Source: Trichoplax adhaerens (taxonomy: Eukaryota > Animalia > Placozoa). From it: a DNA stretch of 64,000 nt. Both the position numbers and the translations under genes were made by a program. Positions 13,091-24,604 of the stretch are shown here, piece after piece. The stretch spans positions 8,198,735-8,262,734 of the forward strand of contig NW_002060944.1 of assembly GCF_000150275.1 (NCBI RefSeq). Reading direction: 5' to 3'. Numbering within the stretch: the stretch's first letter is position 1; every line of letters begins with the position of its first letter. A model generated the notes under the pieces. The model saw only the letters and a list, made by a program, of their open reading frames with translations. It did not search any database and was not told the DNA's origin.

Positions 13091-16000
13091 ATGTCATCCA
13101 ATAAGAGAGTATCAAGTAGCAAATTTGGCATCGATGGAACATCCATTACTTCTGGTAGATCGAATTATTCCGCACCTAATTCTGCAAGGAGTACATCTAG
13201 CCGAAGCTCGCTCAGTAGCTTTTTTAACTCACAACCAGTAAAAGGGGCTAGAGGGAAGGTGAGCCCATACACTATCATACTATTTATACCAATTCTACGA
13301 ATAACGTTTGTCTATATTTATGCGGTACATAAGTAGTAAGCCGATAAAATCATAAGCATAAAACTAGTAACGATATTCCTTTACTTTGCTTTTTACCTTT
13401 AACTCTTGTAGCAATTTTGTCAAACAGTAACTCGATGCACAGATCTATCCTTATAGAAATTCTACCATTACAGTAAAGCTAAAATGAAGTTCATTAGGCA
13501 GACCGAGATTCCTATCGTACAGTACAAATTAAATGATAAGCATATTTAATTTTTCTATTTCGTTTATACACTGATAATCTTTGTATATAAGTAGATGATT
13601 ACAAAAAGACTATCTCTTAAGGATTTTCTACTTATTCAAAATATAGCTGATATCAGATAGCACCTATAGAGAAAAGTATTTGAACAAGACTATAGATTAT
13701 CACATGTATCGACTGAAAATAATAAACTAGCTGGATCTAGACAGAGCTTTATTAATGTAAAATTACTGATATTACTTTAATAAAAACGCTTTAATTCCAG
13801 CCATTTTTTAATTCTGATCAATTATTCACCATTAATATATTTACCTGTACGGTAATCTGATTAATAGACGAGAAAAACTACATCATCTACCAACAAAAGT
13901 AAATCAACTGCAAAAGTTTCCAATGCACCTTCCAAGAATAGTCATACTTCAGATAGCTTAGAATCGACATTTAAACTTTCAAAGAGTAATGTTCAAAATA
14001 TTCCACACATATCCCATGGACCATTACAAAATGTCATGGAAAATTCAGCGATTAAAATTCAACGTTGGTACCGAAGACATGCAGCACGTAATAAAACGAG
14101 TAAAGCCGCGGTTCAACGCTTACTGATGGAGAAAAAGACAGCGATGGAGCGAATGAGAGCAGACCCAACAACTGCTTTGCCCACTGTAAATGTTAACTTA
14201 ATCTACATAATAAAAAAGCGATAGACTCACTTATAAGCTACAATCATTTACCTTTAAAGATAAGGATACCAAATAAATGCTTACCACATTATTCGTTACA
14301 CCTTTACTTTTAGAGCGATATCATTCAAGCTAATGAAATCGAACGAAAGAAAAAGCGAGAAGACAAGGAACGTAAAGCTAGACAGTCAGCTATTGAAGAT
14401 TTACGCAGAAAGAGAGAAGAAAAACGATTAGAAAATCAACGAAAAGCTGAAGAAGAATTGGTATAAAACTGCAACGAATAACTATCTAATTCTATCTCTA
14501 GCACTTATAATCTATCTCAGTGGTCAATAATAAGCAGTGGCATCGCTTAAATTACCGTATATACATATATTAACGTTCATATTTATATGACAGCGATTTC
14601 TAGAAGCAAGCGGGAAAGTCTCCAAACTAAAATCAAAAACGACACCAAACCACCACCTTCCTAAATCGAGTAGCCCAAGAAGGTCACAGAATAAAAGTAG
14701 TGACATTATAGAATCTGGAAATGAAGTAAACAGACCTGGAACTTCAGCAAGTACTTCAAGAAAAGTAGACGAAATATTTCAAGTAATAAAACAAATCGAT
14801 AATAGAATCTGATAATTATAATAATCCTGATTGTTACCAAAAGATTGATTACAAGTTTAATTGATATTTAACATATTTCAAAAGAAAGAACGACGCTAAC
14901 AAATATTATAAATACTTTTAGGAGGGAATATCTTCTACAACTTTCGATCAAGGCGTCTCTTCAACAGTTTCTACTGCAAGAGAGCCAACGTAAGAATGCA
15001 CCAGAATCTATTAATATTTGATATAGAATCTTTTGGGTCATTTCTAAGACATGAAATATTAAGTTTGAGTAATTTACTGTAAAATAAAACTCACGCGTTA
15101 CATAATTGCTCACTACTTGATAAAATAGATTATCACTGATAAAGCAGCGATTCTACCTCGCGTATCGACTTTTCGAATGTTTCATTCGTCTATCTTTATA
15201 TGATGATTTATAACTAATAGATATTGTTGTCTTAATCAGTATAACTAAGCAACTTTGACTAGGCATATGTGTTTTATCTAGATTTATTTATTTACTCATT
15301 ACCGTAATTTTTCCACAATTTAGAGAGAATTCAACAAGCGCTAGCGCTAAGAAAACAGCACTTGATGATCTTATGGAAACACTAAAGCTGCTCGAGGAGG
15401 CTCCTGAAGAGCTAAAACATCCAAAAGAAGATACTACTACGCGATCTAACCTATCAAACTGGGGTAAGACAGCAAGTTAAAAGTTACTAGCCTTTTGAAA
15501 ATTCAGGACATTTCTATTACCTGAATAAAGTACAATAGTAAATGTTATGTATTAATCATTTTAACTGCAATGAATTGTGCTTAGATCGTGATCACTTAGA
15601 AGATGATGCCGGTGTAGGAAATTACGAAGATAAGGCAAGTATCGAACTGTATAGTTATAGAATTAGTAAAAATATCGCAAAATAGCTCTTAAGAGCTGGT
15701 AAAATGTATTACTTCAGCATAATTCCTCTAAAATTTCATTATTGCATGCATATTAAAATTGATTACATTAAAATCAATCTAAAAGTAGCGCTCTATAATA
15801 TAGAGAGGCTTTTTATCGAATAAATTACTAAAGTCAATGTTAAGGAATTTAGTGAAATTAAAGCAAACAGTAAAAGCCTAAAATGTCTCTCGTGTACAGT
15901 TACCAGCGCTTTTAAAAATTATTTGAAAGTATGTGTACATATTGGCATGTCCTACCCATTAGGTTTAGATTATATGCGGATTCTATTAAATAAAAGATGA

Positions 16001-19000
16001 GTTACTTTCATGTAATATCAGATACGATAGCTTTACAATTTACATAATTATTAGCCAAATTTAATACGCTAGATATTTGAAGGTAAAAATCGATTTTTTG
16101 AAAATGTATATACAGGTATAATATACCGTAGCGTTAGACGTAGTATACGAGTGCTAATCAGTTACGTTCAAAAATTTTTTCTATCTGGCATATATAAATG
16201 CACTTGGTCTAAAATTATCATCTCGAAATATCAATTTTCCGATTGTTACTAGGTTTACTTGTCAGCAGAACAACTCTATAAGCTTAATTCGAATAAGTAA
16301 GTCTAATAAATTACACCTATGATAACTAAGCTCAAATATTAAGATTATCTTGCCTTTACTATCGTATTATTTACAAATTAATCTATTTCATTCCTTCATT
16401 CAATACACTAATCATACCAATCTATTTTACAACGATTACAGCAACAGAGCAACTGGAACTCTTTCGGACGCAAAGCTACAGTAATACATCATGATTCTAA
16501 TGCTAATCAAGAGCTATTAGTAAAAATTAAATATCCTCGTACTTTTAACTATAAGTTAAAATTTGCTTTCATTGGTAACTTAAGAGAATCCTAATTAACA
16601 ACAACATTTGAAATAATTTCTTATATGGCAGGAGTATACTTACTTATTTAGACGATATAGAGAAGGTTGATGTTGCAACGACTAGTAATAAAAGCCTAGT
16701 AAGTCTCTGGCCACTCAAATAGTAAAATGTTCAAATGCTGAGAAATCATCTTTCTTTTAGCTTGTATAAAGCAATTTTTAAATTTAAGCTGACAGAAAAT
16801 ATTTTCTAGTGACATTCCTTCAATGCTAAAAGTTGGGGTAAACTTTTATTATCATCTTCACCTAACGTATAGGATCCGATCGAAACTACGGCTCAAGATT
16901 TACAGCTACCAAGTGCTCGAGAATCAAATCGGTAACACTTGAAATTTCTGCAATAGAAACCTAGTATTTTAATCGCTACTATAGTATCAAGAAATATGGA
17001 TAAATTACATTCTGCTAAGTATCTAAATTTGGTACAGTCTAACAAGAAATGCAATGTATTTTCTCCGTCATTTTATCCGTTCGATTATGGCATGATATAG
17101 CTAGAACTCAAGCAATAGCTATTTTGGTAATTGTTGTAACTTTCTTTTTCTAGAGATGATGATCAATATATAGAATCAGCATCAGCAATGGCCTCTGATG
17201 TAAATGCCGCAATTTTAAGACAAAAATTACAATTAGATGAAAAGTCGCGAGCGGTCGAAGTGTTAAATCAAGCAATTGTACGCCAAGTTAATTTAAGCTA
17301 ATACCGTAGACGATTTAAAGTACTAAATTGTAATATTCCTATCACAGAAAGAACAACAAGAATTATCCATCAAGCACACTAGAGAACAAGAAAAAGATTT
17401 AAAAAGAAGGCTTGCAATCCAGCGTCAAGAATATGAAACAACAATACAGCGGCATGTTACTTTCATTGATCAGGTAGGTTTTAGAGATGGAAGTTTTATT
17501 TTACAAAGTATATTTCTCCTTAGGACACACTATTCATATTTCAATTTCATTACTAGTTGATAGATGATAAAAATACGCTTAGTCAAAAAAATGAAGAAAT
17601 AATTCAAAAATTGAAGGAGATAGACAAAAAGTATTATCACAAAGTGAAAGCGATGGAAGAGAGGTAAAGTCCTGTATTTTTGCAGTTTTTACTCGAAAAT
17701 GGTTAAAGAGATTTAATTTTCATTCTAAGGCTGATCCTAACATTTTTCTTATCGACACTAAATAAAATGTTTTATTAGGCACGCTAGCGAAATTAACAAG
17801 CTAAAAGAAGTAACATCTGCAGCTGAGAAAATGCGACGAGAAAAATGGATTGAGCAAAAAAGTAGAGAAATAAAGGTGGGAGAAATTAGTAATCATAAGA
17901 TAAATTTCATATCTTTATGTAAGAGCGCTAAGATCATATTCTTACGCTATGTTCGTATGACAGGAAATGACGGTTAAAAGTATGGAGCCAGAAATTCAAC
18001 GATTAATTGCTAAGCATAAAGCGGAAATTAAACGTCTTCAGTCGATGAATCAAGCAGAAGTTTTGCAAGCAGATGAAAGAGCTAGCGTTCGTTTTGTAAA
18101 ACAAATTGAAAATTTACGAGAACAGTTAGATCAAGAAAAGGACGCTGCTTGTGAGAGGGAAAGACAAACTGCAAAAGAAAGGTCTGACTATATTTAAATG
18201 TGATCGATAGATTTAATTATTTTGGAACTACTAAAGTAAACATTTTTACGTATGTTAGGCTGCCGTTTTAAAATTTGTGATACATAGTATGCCATCTATC
18301 GATCATTTTATTCTTAAAATGAATCCACATTTACATAATTAGCTGTAATATTTCGCAAGAGAAATACAGATCGAGCAAATTATGGCAATATTTAGTTCAA
18401 TTTTTGAATCTATTTTCCTTGCTGACTTCAACATTTTAAAGCCAATTTTATATGATATAGTATGCATGAAGTGTTATAATAATCTACGGGTTGTAATTAG
18501 CCTTGCTTACCTATTTTATGCGGGGAAAAAGAGCATAAACCCATTCAGTTCATAGCATGCATAAATTTAACTTATATCATTTAGAAAGTGATTATACTTT
18601 GCAATATCAGATCAAAACCTATATCAATTATCTTCTTTAAAAGTTCCTTAGGGCGATTATCCCTAAATACAATCGTTGTTAACTTGCATTATAAAATTTT
18701 ATGACTTATTCATAGCTATTAAACAAGCTATTTTAGAGTATTAAAATGAAGTTTGTCAAGTAATTTTGTAGACAGGAATATCTATATCCTGTGATAGAGT
18801 GTAGTGACTTTGGACAAGGATCTTTTCATGTTTCATATTTTAAAAAATTCATGCTTTCCAAAGTCAAGACCTTCAATGTCATATAATATGAGCGCTAAAG
18901 TCCTTTCGATATTCATTTCATTTTTTAATATAAAGTTAGCACTATCTTTATGTGAATATTAAACAGAGTTACAATATGAGGATAAAGCTAATTTGGCTAT

Positions 19001-21760
19001 CAACAATCCATTTTTCAAAATGTGTTAGAATGGAAAAACAACTTGCCATGGAAGAACAATCTTACCAACAACAACGTCGTAGGCTATATACTGAAATTCA
19101 GGAAGAGAAGGAGCGAATGGCCGAACAAGCTAGAAGACAACGAAAAGAATTGGATCACAAACTAAGAGACATACAAGTAAGTAGAGTTTATAGTCATTAT
19201 CATGGAAAGCTTTTTGAATTTATGACCACTGATAATAAAGAAATAATTTCTGCGAGTATCGCTATTTCACTAGTGGAAAGAAGTAATTTCGCTCTAAGCT
19301 TATGGACTGTTTATAAATTTTCTGCGATAGGAAAATCAAGAAAAAGCATTAGAAAAATTAAAGATACAATACGAAGCAACTATCTCAGAGAAAGAGAGAC
19401 GACATCAGGTAAAGCGGCATTTACTATACGAGCGATATTGGCTAATTTCTATTTACTACAAAATAACGGCAACATATTAACTATGCAGTAACTCTTTAGC
19501 CTAGTACCAAGTGTACTGTATGTATAATAAATAGTAAAATGTTTTATTTGATGATGGCTAGAATGAAGTTAGAGATATTGATGAGAGGTTAAAAATCGAA
19601 AAGGAGGCCTGGGAAGAGAATTATATGAAGAAACAGGTAATCGCTCATACCCTACTATCGAAAAGCATATTTTCACGGGTATAGATATCTATAGTTAATT
19701 TTCTACAATACTGTAATTCTCAGCTACAAGGGAGGATATTCATGGTTATGATATAAGCTACATCGATATTGCGAATATTGAAACTATTGTAAATGAATAG
19801 ATGTCTATCATTTATACATAGTCAATGGTATAAAATTATTAGCCTGTGCTTGTACTGCATTTGCCATCATATTTTGATCGGCTTAGTAGGTTTCTGAAGA
19901 ATATAGAGTATATCACTATATTAAAGTGATTGAATTAAACGATATTAATGATTCCAATATGCATAGGGAGTAATTCTAGCTGCGAAAGAGCGAGAATTGA
20001 AAGAAGCTGTTAAAAGAGGAAGAGATCAGGTAAAGTATATCGAGGAGATAGTATATTGCCATAGCACTGTATAATACTTGTTATTCTCTCTGCTAAAATC
20101 GGTTATCATTGTAATTTTTTACATATTTCGATTAGGAAATTGAAATGGTTATAAATCGGCTAGAAGAAGAAGCCCAAAAGGCTAGAGAGGAAACAGAAAG
20201 ACAAGCGGAATCTCGTATTTCGTAAGCGATAATTGCAAGAGTCCAATTTTGAATATTTTCGATTCTTTCCCAATCTCAATACGGTTATCAATAGGCTAAA
20301 TCATTCATTTCGATATAATATAGATCCATATTTAATTAAATCTACAGTCTAATTCTCAAGCTATCGAGATTGTATTTAATTGATTAATTTTGTACAAAGA
20401 TTGTAATGTTACAAGACTATAGGATGATCCGCCATTAAAATGGCTGAATTGTCCCACACTTTATAAGGCGTAGTTATTATATTCAGGCTATTTATTAATT
20501 ATAATCAATCAATTTCGTAGGAGAATTCGAGAGAAATACACCATTGAGTTAAAAGAAGCTGAAAAATCAGAGAGGAATACAATTGAAAAATTTAATGAGC
20601 TTAAGGTAACATTTAGAAAGAAAAGATTTATTGTTGCGCCGTGCAGAGCTCTTATCGAGATGAAAATTAAGCCATGCTGTGACGTTCATTAATATTGTAT
20701 AATCTTGTATTTTTATTCTTTCTTTTCTGATTTTAGGATCGTAATATCAATTTAGAAGGTGAATTAACCGAATGTAAAAGGTTATTAGCTCAACGAGAAC
20801 AGTACATCATTGAAATAGAGGAGGTAACTTTTTCAATGCTATATAGCACTGCAAAACTGAAAGATTATCTAAGAAACTTTGAGTTTGCAATAATTCTTCT
20901 TTTCTACTTAAACCCACGATTAAATTCTTATATCGGTACTCATATGACGATTAGGTAAAGAACAAGTTAAGTAAAGAAAGAGACAATGTAACTGACATTG
21001 TCAGGCAAGAATTTGCTGATAGGTAAGATTTAGCCTAAGGTGATCTCGTTGATAGGATGAAGGAACTAGCAATAGTCAATTCGTTTCATATTGTTATCCA
21101 CAAGAACTTTACCTTTAAATCGATGCAAGTAAATTGCATTCATTGAACCCATTTATTTTGATACTATAATTAATAGATTAGTGGTTACCGAAGAAGAGAA
21201 TAAATCTTTAAAATTAGAAATGAACGAACTAAGGGCACGTTGTAAATTAGAAGTGGATCGAATTACAAAACAGAAAGATGAAGAATTGGATACAGTTCAT
21301 ACTCGGTATTTCTATCATAACAGAAACGAAGCGTGCATTGACAATTTAAAAGTAGAAATGTCTTGCCGTTGTGGTTGTCTTAAAATATCTTTGAATTTTT
21401 TTCTCCTATCAGAGTAAAACAAGCCCTGGCAAGAAAAGAAGAAACCTTGAATTCGCTGCGATCACAGCATCAGGTTTGTTTTTGTATCATTGCATTTATC
21501 ATAATATCTAAGGGCCAAGATTGTTCAAGGTCTAGCATTCTACTTTAAGAATCAATTTTGGTATGAATATTATTCACATGTAAAGTCCATTACAAGCTTT
21601 ATTATTGCGATTGTTATAAGCTGCTACTAGTCAATTTGGAAGAGGAGTAGCGTATACACTTACTATTACTAATGTTATTTTATTTTATTAGTCTGCCATT
21701 AAACGGGCTGATCATCTAGAAATGTTATTGGAAGCGCAACGAAAACAATTATTACGTTAG
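13091..21760 (+). CDS. CEP131: Centrosomal protein 131 / AZI1 (multi-exon)
   Basis: IQ motif AIKIQRWYRRH; GTLSDAKLQSILTYLDDIEK; QRQEYETTIQRHVTFIDQ; EMTVKSMEPEIQRLIAKHK; C-terminus KRADHLEMLLEAQRKQLLR* (TAG 21758-21760), all like vertebrate CEP131. Exon structure between 13259 and 13700 is uncertain. Confidence 0.93.
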
Positions 21761-22200
21761 TTTATTTTCGAATAATTTCACTGGTAGGATTCAAGAGATG
21801 GCTGTAATTATTGCTATTGTAAATAGGAATTGGATCATTTTTGAGCGGGTTATTTCTATCATGACAAATGTAAAACTTATGCATCTATTTTAACGATGGT
21901 AATAAACGATGACTTTTCTACGATACGTTTTCTGTCATAATATCTCAGCTTTTTATAGTCTCTACGCAAGAGGTTTAGGGAAAGAAATGAATAATTTCTC
22001 TAATTCCGAAAATTAAAAGAGAACCATTATGGATTTTGGAATTCTCTGTTCTGAAAATACAACTGATATCAAAAACTGACGGATACTTTTTATGTCAGTA
22101 AAATCAAATTGGGGAATAGAAATAATTACAATAATTATAATAATCAACTCTTTGAGAGAGACTGTTAAGCTGTAATTAATAGAATTAACTTGTTGGATAA

Positions 22201-24230
22201 CTATGTCGTCAACATTAAATTTGCCAATTCTGTATGATGTTGCTGCAATAGAAAATTCAGTTTCCACTGAATTTTAAACCTGAATAAGCAGATTAGCTTT
22301 TAAGACAAGTAATCGGGATTGCGGTAGTACATGTTTCTAGGAGTAGACATGTTTGAATCAGCTAAACTGTACTGCTATTTTATGCTGTCCACCAAAGAAC
22401 AAAATAACTCGACAGAATCGATCTCTAAAAGAAGATCATGATGATCAGCATAGTCTACAATAGAAATTGGATAGCACACCATTCGTAGATAACGTTATTT
22501 TCAATTGCATAAACTCTATGTGGAGTTGAGGGTAAAAGATCTTTCCCTTTTTGGACAAATACACTATCCATCATGTTCCTCGCATCATTGACTACGTCCT
22601 GCCATGATGCAGATAAAATCATTTCGTACGATAATGAATCCATAACAAGATTAGTGTGTAGAGAAATAAATCCACTGAAAGAAATATGGCTGATGTGATC
22701 TGAAGAAAATTGGATAGCACACTATCAGTACATGATGCTTTATCAAATGCAATGGAAATACATTAACCTTTCTACTGCATTCCAGCATCAAGGGTCTATA
22801 GCATTTTAGGATCGAGGTCATTAAATCCAGCAGCTCCCTTTTAGGATGTATACGGATCAGCGACAAGGTAAAATTATCAACTACTGAATTGCAGCATCCA
22901 GAATCTATCGTCTAATGCTTTTTAGGATAAGTCATCGAGATATATGAGAGTCCAGCAGCTTCCTCGTAGAATGTATACAGATGAGGGAGATGATAATCGT
23001 CAACTTCTGAATTGCTGCATGGAGAGTCTATCGTCTAGTGCATTTTAGCATAAATCATTGAGGTATACGATAGAGTCCAGCAGCTTCCTCGTAGAATGCA
23101 TACGGATCAGTAAGATGGTGAAATTATAATCATCAACTACTACATTATAGGATGGAGAGTCTATCGTCTAATGCTTTTTAGGATAAAAGTAAGTCATTAA
23201 GGCATACGCGTACGATAGAGTTTAGTAAATCCCTCGTAGATTGTATTTGGACTGGTGAAATGGTAAATTATAATCATCAACTACTGAATTGCAGCATGGA
23301 GAGTCTATCGTTTATCGCTATTTAGGATAAGTCACTAATATCTACGATAGAGTGTCGCAGCTTCCTCGCAGAATGCATATGGATCAGTGAGATGGTAAAA
23401 TTATAATCATCAATTACTGAATTGCAGCATGGAGAGAGTCTATCGTTTATCGCTATTTAGGATAAGTCACTAATATCTACGATAGAGTCCCGCAGCTTCC
23501 ATACGGATCAGTGAGATGGTAAAATTGCAATCAACTACTGAATCGCAGCATGGAGAGTCTATCTTCTATTGCTTTTTAGGAGAAGTCATTAAGACATACG
23601 ATAGAGTTTAGTAGATCCCTCGTAGAATGCATACAAATCAGTGAGATGGTAAAGTTATAACCATCAATTATTTGAAGAGATACAAACCAAGTGAAAGTAG
23701 TAATTTATGATTAAACTGCGAGCTGCACTTAATTTAGTATGGCCATTCCGTCATGGCATACGGAAGGCAAATTCATGAATTAAAACTAGACAGTATTCTT
23801 TCTTTCTTTGAGTAGTCCCGATCTAGAGGATGGCCATCAGAATGAAATTTTAAACTTTTACTCCAAATGAATATTCCACAATCTGAAAGGTTTTCTTTCC
23901 AACCGGCATGAAAAGCTGACGTATTGTTCATTCTTCATCCAGCTCTTGCAATTCCGCCATACTTTTCTGCAGGTAGCAGGAAAAGCGTAAAACTGGCCAT
24001 CACAGACGAACGAATTAAGTGGTACTACGCAAAGACGCATAGCATATATACGTATAGATGATAGAGATATGAAAAGTATTTTATCATCTGTATGGCATAT
24101 ACAGTACATCAATAATCATCATGACAGTATTATCATTAATAATTATTATTATTTTTGGGAGTACAAGTATTCCCTATGTAAGGGATAGCAATCGTCGTCA
24201 TCTCCGGCACCCCTGCAGGGTTTCATCCAT
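22201..24230 (-). CDS. Putative uncharacterised 132-aa protein (4 exons)
   Basis: Exons 24211-24230, 23862-23966, 22480-22674 and 22201-22279 join through three phase-2 GT-AG introns into a 399-nt stop-free ORF. Two donors (gtgccg, gtgtgc) are weak and no homologue was recognised. Confidence 0.5.
22770..23670. repeat. Degenerate tandem array, about 7 copies of a ~120-145 bp unit
   Basis: Recurring atcaactactgaattgcagcatggagagtctatcgt...ttaggataagtca...gatagagt...cctcgtagaatgcatacggatcagtgagatggtaaaattat, with anchors near 22876, 22997, 23131, 23276, 23408, 23530 and 23663. Confidence 0.95.
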
Positions 24231-24389
24231 GCAGGTTTTCAACTGGCGTTGGCTTTGCCTTGGCAGGATGTATTTATTTATGCTTGCTACGGGTTTCGAT
24301 TTCAGTAGCCACTTCTCCTCTTCGTCGAATGGTGTGCCTTTGCCCTTTCTTTCCTCGGCTCGAGCACTTTCCGCTAGGTTTCTTGATTC

Positions 24390-24600
24390 ATTTCGGCCAT
24401 TTTCTTCCTTGTACTGTAATATTGCAACATTGCACCGTGGACGGCCGGCATACTTTCAATGTACCATACCACCAATCGAGGCTACAGTAACAACATTGAC
24501 TAATGTAGCCAATAGGCTGACTATCAACCATCGTTTAGGATACTGGAGTAGTCGAATCGAGACAGTCAAGAATTGATCTTGCTGCTGGATTGCCATTTGC
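24390..24600. promoter_or_regulatory. Probable compact bidirectional promoter
   Basis: GC-richer island between divergent ATGs (24230 on -, 24605 on +), CCAAT boxes at 24472 and 24509, and a YY1-like CGGCCATTTT near 24394. Confidence 0.5.
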
Positions 24601-24604
24601 AACG

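Noticed and set aside
22770-23670. Repeat array as CRISPR-like or snoRNA cluster
   Set aside because: Whole units are homologous (no unique spacers), no cas genes, eukaryotic context, and no consistent C/D or H/ACA box pairs.
23862-23960. In-frame TGA in MAELQELDEE*TIRQLF..., a possible selenocysteine
   Set aside because: No redox motif, no SECIS recognised, and this frame hits a stop soon after splicing to the next exon.
24121-24576. 151-aa plus-strand ORF upstream of ATF7IP
   Set aside because: Crosses a GC-richer promoter/5'UTR island, has no recognisable domain, and is antisense to the orphan gene's first exon.
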